DNA of 64,000 bases, from contig BCGN01000003.1 in the NCBI GenBank assembly GCA_001599295.1, positions 1,798,001 to 1,862,000 of the forward strand. Direction: 5' to 3'. Of this stretch, positions 25,243-38,782 are shown piece by piece. Each line of letters begins with the position of its first letter. The stretch's first letter is position 1. The notes under the pieces were generated by a model. The model ran no database searches and was not told the origin of the DNA. It saw only the letters and a list, made by a program, of their open reading frames with translations. The translations under genes and the position numbers were made by a program. Source of the stretch: Sporopachydermia quercuum (lineage: Eukaryota).

Positions 25243-26047
25243 ATTTATAATTATTTACGGAGGGAATTTGAATATTAAAGGTTTAATAAGTGAATAAGGG
25301 GATGGTTTCGTGGGTCGTTCTAATTCTTGGGTTAATAGGAAAGGATATGAGATCTTATGGTTATGGTTAAAACTCAGTAGCATTTGACGGTCAGTTCACG
25401 ACTTTGGATGTTGCTCATTACTCCAAGAACTAAGTCATGGTTTAATAGCTACTATAATAGACTATTCTGAGACTTTTCCATTAATAAATAAGGTTCTGTA
25501 GTGTAGGTATATTTGGACAGCATATTAAACCTCATAACATAAGGATAGCCAGGCATGAGCATATTTGATAGCATTGAAGTTGGTGAAAAATCCTGAAACT
25601 GGATACTCTACTACTAAATGCTTCCATCTATTCAATTAACGCTCAAAATAAGGTATTCACTAGTACTTTTCCTTCTTATCCTTACAAATGATGTGGAAGA
25701 ATCTTCACTCATCAATGGCAGATCCCTCCACCTCCCCAGACCCTAGTTGCTGATCCTCTCTCAAAAGAGCCTCAACATAATAATAATATCATATTACCTA
25801 ATATTTAATTACGAATCATTATTCTCAATCGTGTCCCATGTCCCATCAACACACGCTCCTTTCCCCAGTAGTTTGTCCATCGTTTTTACTTTTTCAGTTT
25901 ATTATTTCATTCTTTTTGTTACTTGTTCATCTCCTATCACATTTATACTAGTCCTCTGGCTTGCTTTTTTCCTAACATCATATTTCAATTTTTGGGTTTG
26001 TTAAAGGTACCTACTGCTTGATTTTCACCGCAGAAACACCTGTAATT

Positions 26048-28129
26048 ATGCTTAGAACCAATAGAGTTAAAACCCTCACCAGCGCTTTCAGTGCTTTGAG
26101 CGCTAGTTCAGCAAAGACCAACAGCAGATCTGCTATTACTGCTGCCAGAGCTTTAACTGCTGCCAGAACCTTTTCAAAGACTCCTTCTTATTTGAGCTCC
26201 AGAAACACTTGTGCTGCTTTTCAAGCCAGAAAGTACTCTACCGAGACTGAGAAACCCGGCGAAGCCTTCACTTACCTATCAGAGGAAAATGATCCTGAGA
26301 GGGAAGCATTCTTCAGATACTCCTGGGGCAGCTGGTTAGAAAACGACAAATCCGAACAAGAACAACGTATAACCAGATTTTCTATTCCCGATGCTGTAGA
26401 TTTAATCAAAACTCTTGGTTTCAAGCTTGATGAGATCCTAGCATCTAGTGAATCGGCACCTGGTCCTGTTATTGGCACATTGGCCATCGACAAGATCGCT
26501 AAGATCGCTAAGAATACTTCTGCTGGTGGAATCACCTATTTAAACCATAATATTCATCCCAGTATCATCGGTGAAACTTCTGGTAAAGGCGGTGAACCCT
26601 TAGGTGTTAAGAGAATGCTCAGTATCCACGAAGGACGCCATCATAGAATCTACAGATTCGAAGTATCCAACGGTAAATCATTTGTATTGAGAATTCCATA
26701 TCCTTTACATAATATCAGCGAGGAAGGTAAGAAATACCGATTGCAAAGTGAAGTTGCCACTATGGATTTCCTGTCTGTGAAATCCGGTATGGACAATATC
26801 CCTAGAGTGCTGGCCTACAGTGGTGATAGCAATAACCCATTGAAGAGCCCTTTCATATTAGAAGAATACATTGAAGGAAATCTGTTAATGAGGCAATGGG
26901 ATCCGAATTTCAACGACTCTGATTTAAGCAAAATCCAAGGTGATGTTTTCTTGCCAGTTGTTGATTCTATTGAGAAAATCATTGATGTTAGCTTCTCTAA
27001 GCTTGGATCCCTTTACTTTGCGGAAGATCTACAAGCTACCAGTTATGCCACTACTGAGCCAGCATATTCTGATGAATCCAATGAGTCCGTTAAAGGTAGA
27101 TGGGTCATTGGTCCTTCTACAGAATCTATTTTCTGGAAGAATAAGAAGTTCCCTGAAGCTGAAAGTATGACAGGTCCATGGAAAACTACCGATGAGTTTA
27201 TTTTTGCTACTATTGATATAGAAATTGCTAGTTTTAAAGATAGAATTGTCAAGGAAAGTGCCAGTGGAAACACCGAGAAGGTTGAGACTTTGAAATTCAT
27301 GATCGACGTTATGGAAAAGTACAGGAAGATTGCACCTGTATTATTAAACCCCGGATATTTGAAACCAACTGCTGCTGCCGCAGTGTATGCTTTTAAGCTA
27401 TTCAATCCTGATATCGACCCTCTGAATATCGTCATGAAGAAAGATGAAGAATCTGGTAGCTTTACTCCATATATTTTAGACTTTGAAGGTACATCTATCA
27501 AGCCTTTCATTTACCATACATCACCTAAATTTGTGGAATATTCAGGTCCAAAAATCTTCGATATCAAAGAAGAAGTACCTAATTATGATGAACTGAGTGA
27601 TTCTGAAAAGAGTGAAGTTGACTTCGTGTATAAGAAGACCCGAAATCAAAATGTATTTGAGACCTTGTTTGCTAATAAGAAGCCATCATTGATTTCTGCT
27701 TATGCCCCTGTATGCAAGAACTTCAGAAACCCTTACAGATACTTGTTGAACAGGAAGTTTGATAATCAAATCAGTGAGTTGAACGAAAATCTATTAACTC
27801 TTGATAAGCACTGGAATTTATTCTCTGCTGTTACTGCTCCTATTTCAGAAGACGGTAAGACTCCACTTCAATATCCTGTTAGTTATAGTGATGCTGAGAT
27901 GGAAACTCAAGCTAAGCACCTTAACGCTTGGAACGATGAAGTAATGAGCAAACCATTCTTAAGTACTAGTGGCTGGATTCCTCAAGATATGTTTGATGAG
28001 TTGTTGAAGAGAGAATTGATTTTACCTAATCCCGAACGAGAAGGTGATTACATCATCAAGCCTAAGGAGCCTGAACCTGAGGCTGCTTCTGAAGGTAATA
28101 AGGCTGATAAATCTGATACTAAGGCTTAG
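26048..28129 (+). CDS. AIM9: Aim9, mitochondrial kinase-like (APH phosphotransferase fold) protein
   Basis: ATG at 26048 followed by an R/S/A-rich presequence; 'AFFRYSWGSWL', 'SIHEGRHHRIY', 'QSEVATMDFL', 'GWIPQDMF'. Near ICP55, as in S. cerevisiae. Confidence 0.88.
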   Translation: MLRTNRVKTLTSAFSALSASSAKTNSRSAITAARALTAARTFSKTPSYLSSRNTCAAFQARKYSTETEKPGEAFTYLSEENDPEREAFFRYSWGSWLENDKSEQEQRITRFSIPDAVDLIKTLGFKLDEILASSESAPGPVIGTLAIDKIAKIAKNTSAGGITYLNHNIHPSIIGETSGKGGEPLGVKRMLSIHEGRHHRIYRFEVSNGKSFVLRIPYPLHNISEEGKKYRLQSEVATMDFLSVKSGMDNIPRVLAYSGDSNNPLKSPFILEEYIEGNLLMRQWDPNFNDSDLSKIQGDVFLPVVDSIEKIIDVSFSKLGSLYFAEDLQATSYATTEPAYSDESNESVKGRWVIGPSTESIFWKNKKFPEAESMTGPWKTTDEFIFATIDIEIASFKDRIVKESASGNTEKVETLKFMIDVMEKYRKIAPVLLNPGYLKPTAAAAVYAFKLFNPDIDPLNIVMKKDEESGSFTPYILDFEGTSIKPFIYHTSPKFVEYSGPKIFDIKEEVPNYDELSDSEKSEVDFVYKKTRNQNVFETLFANKKPSLISAYAPVCKNFRNPYRYLLNRKFDNQISELNENLLTLDKHWNLFSAVTAPISEDGKTPLQYPVSYSDAEMETQAKHLNAWNDEVMSKPFLSTSGWIPQDMFDELLKRELILPNPEREGDYIIKPKEPEPEAASEGNKADKSDTKA

Positions 28130-28925
28130 TTGATCTCTCATGTGTAGATTCGTTGCTGTATATATTATTATATGAATTTTGTTAACTAAATGCTATTCTT
28201 ATGGTGAATTGGTAGAATTTGGTAGAGCTAATGGCTAAAAAGAATTAATTTACTAGCGTCATATGCATAAGAGATTCTGGTGAAAAGAAGTAGGAAGCTA
28301 CATCTCTAATTTTGATGTATGTAGATGCATTGTAAATACATGTCCACGCAACTGTATTCATACATCTTGAATCTGCAGAGGAGGTTGTGCAATATAGAGG
28401 CAAGTATATGCAAAGTGGAATTTAAGTTGGGATACGAGTGAATGGTTAGTTTCAGGGTAAAAACAAAGTTTAAGCATGCGATGCAATATGGTGAAAAAGG
28501 ACGAACAAACCGCAAGAAAATAGCCTTACGCCTGTGTTTTTATTAACATCGCTACACATCTCGAACTACCTGGCTTATACCTCAAAAGAAATACTTAGCA
28601 TCCATGATTTGTATTCAAATCAAATGAGAGAGCAACAACGAAAATTCCTGACATATTGATTAAAGTTCATTTATTGGACATAAACCTTAAACCTTAACCA
28701 TGCTCTGCTCTAATTCAATTTTATTATCTACAATCAGTTACAACCATTATACCAACAATAACTATTCACAACATTCAACTATATTCTAAACAAATATCAA
28801 CTCCTACTATCAATCTCAAGCTCAGGCCATCTACTTATTGCAGCTCTCCTGCTACTTCTACTACTCCAGCTCCTCTATCTTAATCTCCCAGTCACATGCT
28901 ATTATCCATGCAGTATATCCAATTC

Positions 28926-31808
28926 CTACTCTACCCTGGTTCGTCCAACAAGCATATCGGATATTCGACTAGCCTTTTCCCAATGGTTTCTCCTCTGTCT
29001 TCTCTTCATAATCTCAGTCTCATAATCATACAGGAATCTAACAGGAGAGAACTTCAATTTACCCTTGAGCTCACCCAAAACAACGGCTGTTTTCTTTAAA
29101 TCGGTTTCTCTTTCGTCATTGCTCAGTTCGTTGTTTTCAATGAACTTCACTGCTTTAACCGCCAAGCGAACTGCTTGGGTTCTATCCATTGGACTGGGAA
29201 TTCCACCTTGCTGAGCATGGCCTGGAACTGCTGTGCGAGATTCAAATCTGCCTTTAGCTTCTCCGTCAATAATATGGGCTAAAACGTCAGTGGTGAAAAC
29301 TTTTGATGATTTTTCAGATCGAAGAATCAATTTCCCAGCACGAGATATTCCCCTGTCGTTAGCAAACTGTTCTCTCAGGTTGTCGATGTCTGCTTGAAGC
29401 TGGGTCAACGAAATGCCCTCTTCTGGCGTGTATACTGCATCAGCTCCGCATATAAGACCCCCCATAACAGAGACATAGCCACAGTTTCCGCCCTGGACTT
29501 CCACCACGAAAACTCTACGTCTAGTAGCGGAAGCACTAGTTTCTATGATATCGCAGTAGTCTACCAAAGCATTCAAACACGTATCACTGCCTAGGGAGTA
29601 CTCAGTTCCGGGTACATTATTAGAAATAGTAGCAGGAATCAGTACCATTGGGATTTGGAAAGCAGGGAATGAATATCTGGCACATTCCAGTTCATTCAAC
29701 GAGATAAAAGCTTCAAATCCACCAATAATAACCAACCCATCAAACTCATACTTCTCAAAATAATAGGCAATTAATCCTACATCAACCTCAACAGGCGTTG
29801 CACGATTAGTACCTATTTCCGAGCCTCCTCTGATTGCCCATCCTTCAAGTTCAAGCCAGTTGAATTCTCTTACCGATTCGTGTCTAGCAAGCCCGCTGAA
29901 CCCGTTATAAATAGCATAGGGCTTATGGCCTCTGGCAAAACAGTATTTGGCAGCTGCATGGACTGCAGCATTCATACCGCCTGCGGGAGCACCTACGTTG
30001 ATAATAGCAATTTTGAGTCTTTTCTCTTTAGGCAGCAATTGAGACTTGTCTTCAGGGTTCGAAAGAGTTTGGTAGTGTTCCAGGTTTTCCTTGAATTCAG
30101 GATCGCGCAAACTCATTGCTTTATCGAAATCCTTCGCTTCAATCGCATCAGCGACAGATTTAGTGAGCGCCACAGCTTCCATTAAAGGTTTCCTTACAAT
30201 CTGCTTGTTCTGGACCCCAATCATTGGCGATGGAGTATCAGGAGTAGATTCCAATACAGCATTGACAGCTTCCACACCTTGTAGAGTAGCCAGTTCACGG
30301 TCGTAAGCAACTGCAGTGCCACCTCGTTGAACGTGGCCCAAGCAAGTGACTCTGGTGTCCAAACCGAGCACGTCCACCAAGGCATCTTTAACCATAGCGC
30401 TACTGATAGGCTTGAGGTCGTCAGTTATAGCTCCTTCAGCTACAATTACAATGGTTTTCCGTTTGCCCTTATCGCGGTTCGCTTTCACCGTAGAACAAAG
30501 GATTTCTGACCATTTATCAGCAGGCAAAGGCTTCTCAGGAATGAGAATGAAATCAGCATTAGTAGCTATACCAGACATAAGAGCCAGCCAGCCGCAGTGG
30601 CGGCCCATGACTTCAATGACAAAAGCTCTGGAATGAGACTGCGCAGTAGCATCAATATAATCAACAGCTTGACAGATTCTTGCTAAAGACGAATAGCAGC
30701 CAATCGTTGCATCCGTCATGCTCATATCGTTATCAATAGAGCCAACAAGCCCACATATAGTTAAGTGCTTATAGCTATGGGCCTCTCTGTCGGAGATCCT
30801 GCCAGTAGTTTTCAATTCAGCCACCAAGCTTGGCCATTCAGCCCGGAAAACATCAGCTCCAGTTAGAGAACCATCACCACCGCATACAATAAGAGCATCA
30901 ATGCCCTTCTCGATCATATTCTTAGCAGCGTCCAAACGACCTTCTCTGGTTTTAAAAGTCATGGATCTAGCTGTACCAATATTGGTTCCGCCTTCCGCAA
31001 GCCAGCTGCGCACGTCTGCCCATTCCATCTTGCGGATAAGATCACCGCCGTGAACTAAGCCCTCGTAGCCTTCGTAGATAGCAAAGACATCACAACCTTT
31101 GGCAATAGCTGCCCGAACGACTGCTCTCACAGCAGGATTCATACCAGGAGAATCACCACCAGAAGTCATCACGCCAATACGTTTAGCTGATAATCTGGTG
31201 AGCGACTCGCGTAGAGCGTTGAATGAGATATTCTTAGCAAATGGAGTCGCCTTCGACGAATTGGTTGATGTATGCGGTTTCTTGAACTTCACAGCTTCGT
31301 AGCCGCTTTGAGGAACCAGTGTGAAAGGATTAGGCCTGGAAGTGAAACCAATCAAGTTATTTAAAGGATCATAGCCGTATACTTCTAAAGGAGCAAGCTC
31401 TGTTGGTCTGGCTATAGTTTTCGGTGATAGTTTTTCCACCAACTGGTAAACAGACTCCAAATCATGAGTGTACAGCACAAATGAAGGAGCAGTAGTTCTT
31501 ACGTCAACAGAAGGCTCAACAGGATCAATTGTTTTGGCAGGAGCAACTTCAGGGGTCGTCAAGGAGATTTGGAGAGAAACTCCGTTCACTCTTGTTAATG
31601 TTTCATCGAAAGGTTCGTCTGATTTGTTGGGAATTGATATGAGAACTATTCTTTCTAATACTGAGGAGTCGTCTTGCTGAACTCTACATTCAAAAGGGGT
31701 TCGACGGAATCCCAAAGCTTTGTAGAAAGCGATAGTTTTCTCGTATAGAGATTTGTCTGAGGTGTTGAAGGCAATGAAGGAGGTGCCGTTAACAAGAGGA
31801 ACAGGCAT
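28926..31808 (-). CDS. PFK2: 6-phosphofructokinase, beta subunit
   Basis: 'IGVMTSGGDSPGMN', 'GGDGSLTGA', 'GSIDND', 'EVMGRHCGWL'. N-terminus 'VNGTS' and C-terminus 'LVGRTRVE' resemble Pfk2 more than Pfk1. Confidence 0.93.
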   Translation of the reverse strand: MPVPLVNGTSFIAFNTSDKSLYEKTIAFYKALGFRRTPFECRVQQDDSSVLERIVLISIPNKSDEPFDETLTRVNGVSLQISLTTPEVAPAKTIDPVEPSVDVRTTAPSFVLYTHDLESVYQLVEKLSPKTIARPTELAPLEVYGYDPLNNLIGFTSRPNPFTLVPQSGYEAVKFKKPHTSTNSSKATPFAKNISFNALRESLTRLSAKRIGVMTSGGDSPGMNPAVRAVVRAAIAKGCDVFAIYEGYEGLVHGGDLIRKMEWADVRSWLAEGGTNIGTARSMTFKTREGRLDAAKNMIEKGIDALIVCGGDGSLTGADVFRAEWPSLVAELKTTGRISDREAHSYKHLTICGLVGSIDNDMSMTDATIGCYSSLARICQAVDYIDATAQSHSRAFVIEVMGRHCGWLALMSGIATNADFILIPEKPLPADKWSEILCSTVKANRDKGKRKTIVIVAEGAITDDLKPISSAMVKDALVDVLGLDTRVTCLGHVQRGGTAVAYDRELATLQGVEAVNAVLESTPDTPSPMIGVQNKQIVRKPLMEAVALTKSVADAIEAKDFDKAMSLRDPEFKENLEHYQTLSNPEDKSQLLPKEKRLKIAIINVGAPAGGMNAAVHAAAKYCFARGHKPYAIYNGFSGLARHESVREFNWLELEGWAIRGGSEIGTNRATPVEVDVGLIAYYFEKYEFDGLVIIGGFEAFISLNELECARYSFPAFQIPMVLIPATISNNVPGTEYSLGSDTCLNALVDYCDIIETSASATRRRVFVVEVQGGNCGYVSVMGGLICGADAVYTPEEGISLTQLQADIDNLREQFANDRGISRAGKLILRSEKSSKVFTTDVLAHIIDGEAKGRFESRTAVPGHAQQGGIPSPMDRTQAVRLAVKAVKFIENNELSNDERETDLKKTAVVLGELKGKLKFSPVRFLYDYETEIMKRRQRRNHWEKASRISDMLVGRTRVE

Positions 31809-33404
31809 TTTGGATAGATTAGGATGAAAGATTATGCTTGCCTATTTGTATATGGTGTAGAGATGATACACTCTTAGGATGATAGAACCACAATTAGGAT
31901 TTACTCTGTTGGAGATCACTTATCCAGCAGATATATGAATTAGATATCAATTATTGCTTTATATTAAAGCAACTAACTATCCAATGGCCTATTGTTTTAT
32001 AATTGATTTAAAGTACGTGATTCCTAAAGAAGAAGTAGAACAAGATAGCTATGGGATATCTCAATTGCTTAATTGATATTATGAAGTCTTGCTCTCAATG
32101 GTCTGTATTTCACTTGTATGTCTCTTCCGGACGTTCAAAATAGATGTTGTATTTGCTATACTTTGCAAGTGAAAATGAACAATTGTTACGCTCAACCAGT
32201 AAAATAAGCAGGTCAAACAAGCCACAAATTTCTTGTCTTTGTTTGCAACTTGTTTGATTGCTTGATAGGCTTGATTCCTTCTGTTCCGTCACCGGAAGAA
32301 TTGAAATGTAGAGAGACAATGGGCGATCGGTATACACAACACTGCATACAATTGCATATACAGCGCATATATTATACATGTAAATATTATATTAATGGAG
32401 ATTAGAGTAACTGATGGACAAACATTGGGTGATGCATCCAGTGGTTTGATGTGTACGGGAGGAGGTTTCCTTGTGATGGATAAAGTTGAGATGGCTGCTG
32501 GACGCACAAGACGCACGAGCATGCATGGGGGAGGAACAGGAATAAACTGGGAGTTCTGGTAATAATGTTGAATGATGAAGCGGAGTGAAGGGCATAGGAA
32601 AGTTAAAGAGATAGATAGTTGAATGGAGGTAAAGGAAAGGCACCAGAATAATGTTTTATTTCGGAAAATGAGCTACAAACGACTTGAATTTACAAAAGCT
32701 TCGAATTTATGTGGCTACGTTTTAGGTAGCAGTTTCAAAAAAGCAACGATTAAAGATGCTGCAGGATATATGCAGTACAATTGCATCATTGTGCATATAA
32801 TTGAATGCCTAATAGTTTTGCAGCATACATGAAGACGAGATCCAGTCTATTCATTGAATTCTAATATGTAGAGTGGTTGGGGTACCATATCAACAAAAAT
32901 ACACATTTAACTAACAATCTTGAAGCACAGTAAGTCTGTGATGGTTAATGAAAGATATTCAGAATCTCAGCCTTGATTCTGTCTCGCCAGCTTGTTCTCA
33001 TTACAATTACGAGCTCTATAGTGATCANCATTGCATGATTCTCACCACATATGGTCGAGTATCTAGTACAACATTTGTTACTATTTTCTAAATTTTAACC
33101 CTATATTAAGATTCTACTAAAATTATAAACCTTATTTACGAAACCTAGGAAGTGATGGGTATTTACAAGATATTATAAGCTACTAAGCATCTTCTTCGAA
33201 TGGAACATCTATTACTATTCTACTATTAGCCTATTATATCTAATGCGATGATTTCTAAATACCAATAAAACTGCTTACAAATCCTCAAAAATCTAATAAT
33301 ATAGTATTATCTATTTGATAATGACATCTAAAATAAACTAACAATTTCATCATAAACCAAAACTATAGCTGTAAACTGTGTTCTCCTTCATTCTACTCTT
33401 CCCC

Positions 33405-35561
33405 TTAATTTTTCTCTGCTGCTTTCTCTTTCTCAGCTTCGCCATTTGACTCTTTAGTTACTCCTTGCTTGTTCTCATTCATACTCAAATAAAACAAATA
33501 ACGATCGTTCTCCTCATCTTCAACACTATCAGTGAACTTGCTACCAAGGAAATCAACATCATTGGCTTCAGCCAATGTACCTAAATCGCCAGGAGTAACC
33601 AATCCATTTCTATCCCTTGGCGATCCTGGGGCTGACAATGGAGCTGTGAGTTTTCTACTGCTAGAAGGCCTTTCAAATGGATTCCAGCTCTTATCAGTAA
33701 TATTGGCATGATCAGTCAAATATTCAGTAGGATATGCTCTAATCAACGCCAATTCTCTGGCTTTGATATACTCCAAGCCCATACGTTTCCAGTCAAGTAA
33801 ATCACTCAAACGTTCCGTACGATTTCTTTGGTTGATTCTCTGTCTTCTGGTCTTTTCAGTGAAATCGTACATGAATTGAGTCAATTGATGAATAGATTCA
33901 TCAGCTGATTTCATTCTACGATCAACAATATAAATACCATAGTCGCTTGAGTTTTCAATCAAATCATCCATATAGCAGCCGAAACCTGACAAGTTCGTAG
34001 TGATAGAAGGAACTCCCATAACTGTGCACTCTGCAGGTGTGTATCCCCAAGGCTCATAATATGAAGGGAAAACACCCAAATGACAACCACGGACAAAGTC
34101 TTCATAGTCCAAAGAGAGAATTGGATTATTAGCATTCAAAAACTCGGGATGGAAGATAACTTTCACGCGATCAGAAGGATGATTGAATAGCTGGACTCTT
34201 CTTAAATTGCATATAATAGGATCAGTAGAATCATCAGCCATATTATGAGTAACAATAGGGGGTAATGTTGATCTCTTCAAAGCGAAAACTCTTCTTTTGA
34301 GTAGGACTCGATCACTAGATGTCAATAAATTGTCCATATCTTTGAAAATATCACCATGGCCACTTTCAGGATCAGTTCTGGCGCAATGCTCAAACAATCT
34401 TTTACCAATAGATTGTTGAATTTCTCTGATAGTATCGTCTAAAGCCTTAATAACGGCTTGACCTTTCAATGTTTCAACAGTATAAGAATGAGTAGCTGCT
34501 GGCATAATAATAAAAGCAACAACAGTCATTTTAGAGCCTGAAGATTTAAGCCAGTGATTTAATCTAGCTAATGATTCAATAAACATATCGCAACCTTTAT
34601 TGCGGAATTCGTATCTTCCAGCAGTGAAAAAGTATAGCGTATTCTCTAAATCGAAGTCATAATGGCCATAGAAATGACCTCTAATGAAATCGTTGATCTT
34701 TTCCTTTCTTCTAGCATGCAAGTTTTGGAATTCATGCATAGCACTGAACTTCACAACGTTTAAACCATTAGGCAAAATTCCATCAGGTTTACGTTTCAAC
34801 AGATGTTCAGATTCATAGCCAGTAATTTGAGAAACAGTGGTGAAGACGTCAGCAGAATGAGCAGCAGCTCTTTCAATACAATAGCGATGATAGATTCCTC
34901 TTTTACCTGCTTCAGCATCAACATCAAACCATTGGAGGTTATTATAGAAATCAACATCACCAGCACATAAATATCTGCCTAGTAATGTAGCATGAGTAGT
35001 GAATATAGTAGTACAGTCGATTTTTCTTTTACGGCATAAAGGAATAGCGATTCCTGCTAACCATTCATGGAAATGGGCAATAACTGCATGTTCACGATCA
35101 TGGGCTACATATTCTCCAAGGAACCAAGCAATCAAGTAACCAAACACGATAGCTTCATTAGTCTCAAAATCGTTATCTGGGCCAGGAATACTGCTGCTGC
35201 TCCATAAATCAGCTTTCCAGTCATTGAGATAGCCATATGCCGAACCGGTGTCAAAAAGGATTACCTTTGGTGCTCCTTCAATGAGCCATGTACCGTAGAC
35301 AATATGAACACCTCTTTCTTTCATAGACTGCAGAGTTATTCTCAAAGGTTCATAAGCAGGTTCAGTGACTTCAACTTCCATAGAAGCTGATCTTGGGTTT
35401 AAAGGACCAATTAGATGATAAGCATCAGGACAGGAATATCTTGAGAATTCTTTGGATGTAACTGGAGCTTTTGATTTGATTACTGAATAGATGCCGCCTA
35501 CCTTATTGGCGACTTCTGTTGATACTTCAAACAGGACTGGGTTTGCTGTATCACGAGTCAT
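33405..35561 (-). CDS. GSY1: Glycogen synthase
   Basis: '[17 protein letters not shown]', 'HFHEWLAG', '[15 protein letters not shown]', '[15 protein letters not shown]'. Confidence 0.97.
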   Translation of the reverse strand: MTRDTANPVLFEVSTEVANKVGGIYSVIKSKAPVTSKEFSRYSCPDAYHLIGPLNPRSASMEVEVTEPAYEPLRITLQSMKERGVHIVYGTWLIEGAPKVILFDTGSAYGYLNDWKADLWSSSSIPGPDNDFETNEAIVFGYLIAWFLGEYVAHDREHAVIAHFHEWLAGIAIPLCRKRKIDCTTIFTTHATLLGRYLCAGDVDFYNNLQWFDVDAEAGKRGIYHRYCIERAAAHSADVFTTVSQITGYESEHLLKRKPDGILPNGLNVVKFSAMHEFQNLHARRKEKINDFIRGHFYGHYDFDLENTLYFFTAGRYEFRNKGCDMFIESLARLNHWLKSSGSKMTVVAFIIMPAATHSYTVETLKGQAVIKALDDTIREIQQSIGKRLFEHCARTDPESGHGDIFKDMDNLLTSSDRVLLKRRVFALKRSTLPPIVTHNMADDSTDPIICNLRRVQLFNHPSDRVKVIFHPEFLNANNPILSLDYEDFVRGCHLGVFPSYYEPWGYTPAECTVMGVPSITTNLSGFGCYMDDLIENSSDYGIYIVDRRMKSADESIHQLTQFMYDFTEKTRRQRINQRNRTERLSDLLDWKRMGLEYIKARELALIRAYPTEYLTDHANITDKSWNPFERPSSSRKLTAPLSAPGSPRDRNGLVTPGDLGTLAEANDVDFLGSKFTDSVEDEENDRYLFYLSMNENKQGVTKESNGEAEKEKAAEKN

Positions 35562-38038
35562 TGCAAATGTGATGTTGATGCAGCCGTTGGTTTATTTTCG
35601 ACGATTGATGATTTTCTTCGTTGAAATCTGGTTGGGTTCTGCGTGGGAAGTAGGAAGTGAATACGTGCTTGATGATAGTAAGGTAGTGAGTGCCAAACAG
35701 CGTCAGATGAATGCTAAGATGTCTTCTTTATACTATCTTAATACCAGATGGTTTACACGCAACACTTATCAACAAAATAATTCTATTTAGTTAGGAACTG
35801 TTGTTGATGAGTTTATGATACAAAATTGATGAATCAGCCATATATGATGAATAACTTGTCAAGACAAGCACAACCCAGAGTTTTCGGTTCACAGTAGATG
35901 GATGGTTTTGACCTTTTGTAGTGAGGGTAAGAAACAAAAATAAGGTTTGGGAGTGGATTGAAGGTTGACAAACCTTAAATCCAAAGCCGCGTTGAAGCTG
36001 CAGCAAGGGTGCGTCTTTACTGTTTGATGGGTGGATTGGGTTATTGGTGACAATGGTAATGAATATATGAACTTCGTGTAATTGTTGGTTATATAATTGC
36101 ATAGTATTGGAATAATATTGATGAATTAACTGATAGAATTATATACTGAAGTAAAAGAAATTGAAGTGTAGGTGGAATCATTTGATGAGGCTTCAGAGGC
36201 TACCAGTCATCTAGTTACTTTTCAGGGAGAACAAAATGACCATTCATTGCATGGGAAGGAAGAACAATGAAATTTTCTATCGGAAAAATTTCAGTTCTGC
36301 CTTCCCCATTTCAAACCATAGAACAAAGAGAGATTCGATCAATAATTGATGGCAATAACGGTTGCAATTTTCTAATAGTCAGTAATGATTTAATGCCAGA
36401 TTTAATTTCAGTGATTTTTATAGTACTTTAAACAGAAGAAAGAAAGAAAGAAGAAAATATTGGCACTTTTATTACGATAGTAGACATCTGTAGAGTTTAT
36501 TTTCTAAAGGGGTAACTGAGTATTTTCAGTTTAGTTTGTTACCTGGAGAGTGCATAGAGTTGCATGAAAGGAATAGTAGATCATGAGAAGTTGTTGATCT
36601 GAGGGTTAATATAGGTTCAGCTAACAAATAAGTGAAATATAACTATTTGCTAACAATTACTGTGATTTCAGTATAACAAAAGTTAAATAATGGCTTTAAT
36701 TCAACTTAATACGAGTTCATGTCTTTTTCCTTCATTCACATTGCAGATTGTACCGATGGTTGCTGGTTGGTTCCTTGTACATGCATGAGAATGCATTAAG
36801 TTTGACCTCCACCGTGACCTCATGTAGGAAGATCGTTCGACAATGGATGGAAAGCACCGAGTGTCCTAGTCGGAAAGAAAGAACGGATAAATATGAAAAA
36901 AAGCATAGCTCTTGTGAAGGTGGTTGAGGTTCAGTTGGCGATTCGAATTCTTGAACAATAAGGGGAAAGATAAAGAAGGTAGTTGGAAAGTAGATGATAT
37001 TGTGGTCTTGAAGTTGTGTGTAGGATGATGTATTTCACCGACTAGTGGAGCACTCTTAACACAATTATCAATTGAGTTTCAACTGGATTAAGGGTCCAGC
37101 GAAATGTAGCAAAGTGATTTTCAAAGGTAATGAGATGGATTATCCTTTGTGTGAAGGCAAGAAGGGATGAAAAGGAAAATTATAGAGAATTTTCAAATCG
37201 TGCGTTTCGTTAAGGTATGTAAGGTTTGAGATTGGAAATTTTTATCTGCACCCCAATGCAACTTTAATTGTCAAATATGGGGAAATAATGGGGATATAAT
37301 TGGAGTTCTTGATGCGATCTTTTTAAATTGAAGATATATACCACTGTAAGCATACTGGAACATAACTAATCATGTAAGTTCATTACGGTTTTATGCTACA
37401 ACCTACAGCTCTCTTTGAGCATATTAATACACATTGTTCCATGTTCATTTCCTAGTGCGTTGTCATACATTCAAAATTCAAGAAAATGCACAATTCCTGC
37501 AATATTCAAACTCAATTGCTCCTGAGTCAAGCATAATTACTCTATTTACTGAATTTTTTAATAAATAGGGTGTGAAGTCAACCAGGAACTGTCATCTTAA
37601 TAATTAGCCTTATTCTTTATACTCCTACTTCTTTTAATCAAACTCTTCAAGACTTCATACTAACTTCAATATGCATGCTTTATGTATCTCGCTTAACTCC
37701 CCCTTTCAGTACTTAAAGTTTCATTCTGTAGTTTATCTTCTCCGCTTCGATAGTCCGAGCCGCTATTTCCATTGCAGCTATCATCAAAGATCAACAATTG
37801 GTGTATTATTATTGAAACAACTAAGAACCGAAAAGTTTCAAGGCATCTATTTCTTTTTCATTTAGTGCCAACATCACAGACTATCCTCTTGTTGGATATC
37901 CAACCTAGCATTTGAATTATTAGAGAATTGGCAGCCACAGTTAGTATCAAGAATTGTTCAAGATCAATCGACCAAGCCACATTTTCCTACGTTATTTAAT
38001 CGTACTTCCGAACATTTCATAATCATTAATACGCCATA

Positions 38039-38782
38039 ATGTCTCATTTTGTCAATCCACCTAAAGAAGCTGTCAGATTTCCGGCGAGGCTACAACCTGC
38101 TCAAGGAACTGTCATTTTCATCCATGGGCTTGGTGATCCTAACTATGGCTTAGGTTGGAAATTTCTAGTAGACTTCATACGGAAAGCACAATTATTCAAT
38201 AATGTCAATTTTATTCTACCGTGTGCTGGAGATATAAATATTATAGAAAAAGATGGACGACATGATGTAACGCCAGGATGGTTCACTGTTGATTTGAGTA
38301 AAGGAGTAGAGGCTGAAACGTTTGGCGTGTTCCCCGAGGTAAACGAAATAATAGCTGCTACCAAGATGATTGAGTCATTGATTGACACTGAAATCAAAGA
38401 ATATCGTATTCCTGCTAACAAAATAGTTGTAGGGGGTTTTAGCATGGGTGGCTGTATGACAAGCGCAATAGCATTGCTAATTGATCATCAGCTTGCAGGT
38501 CTGATGGTTCTTTCAGGGTTCATTCCCAGTATATCTTTTATTGAACAAGCAAAGGAATGTAATAAAAAAACGCCACTGCTTATTTCTGTTGGAAGCCAGG
38601 ATACTGTAGTACCGAGTATTGTTGTTAAGGAATCGAGAGACTTATTTAGGGAAAACGGGTATAATGTCAAATGGTATGAATACGATGGAGTGGACCATCA
38701 TATCTCCGTTAAATGGATGAGTGATTTAGTTGAGTTTTTGTCTGGAATTTACGAACCATCGCCAGTCTATTTCGAGTATTAA
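38039..38782 (+). CDS. Acyl-protein thioesterase / phospholipase-carboxylesterase (abhydrolase_2)
   Basis: 'VIFIHGLGD', nucleophile motif 'GGFSMGG', catalytic D in 'DTVVP' and H in 'GVDHHI'. Confidence 0.85.
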   Translation: MSHFVNPPKEAVRFPARLQPAQGTVIFIHGLGDPNYGLGWKFLVDFIRKAQLFNNVNFILPCAGDINIIEKDGRHDVTPGWFTVDLSKGVEAETFGVFPEVNEIIAATKMIESLIDTEIKEYRIPANKIVVGGFSMGGCMTSAIALLIDHQLAGLMVLSGFIPSISFIEQAKECNKKTPLLISVGSQDTVVPSIVVKESRDLFRENGYNVKWYEYDGVDHHISVKWMSDLVEFLSGIYEPSPVYFEY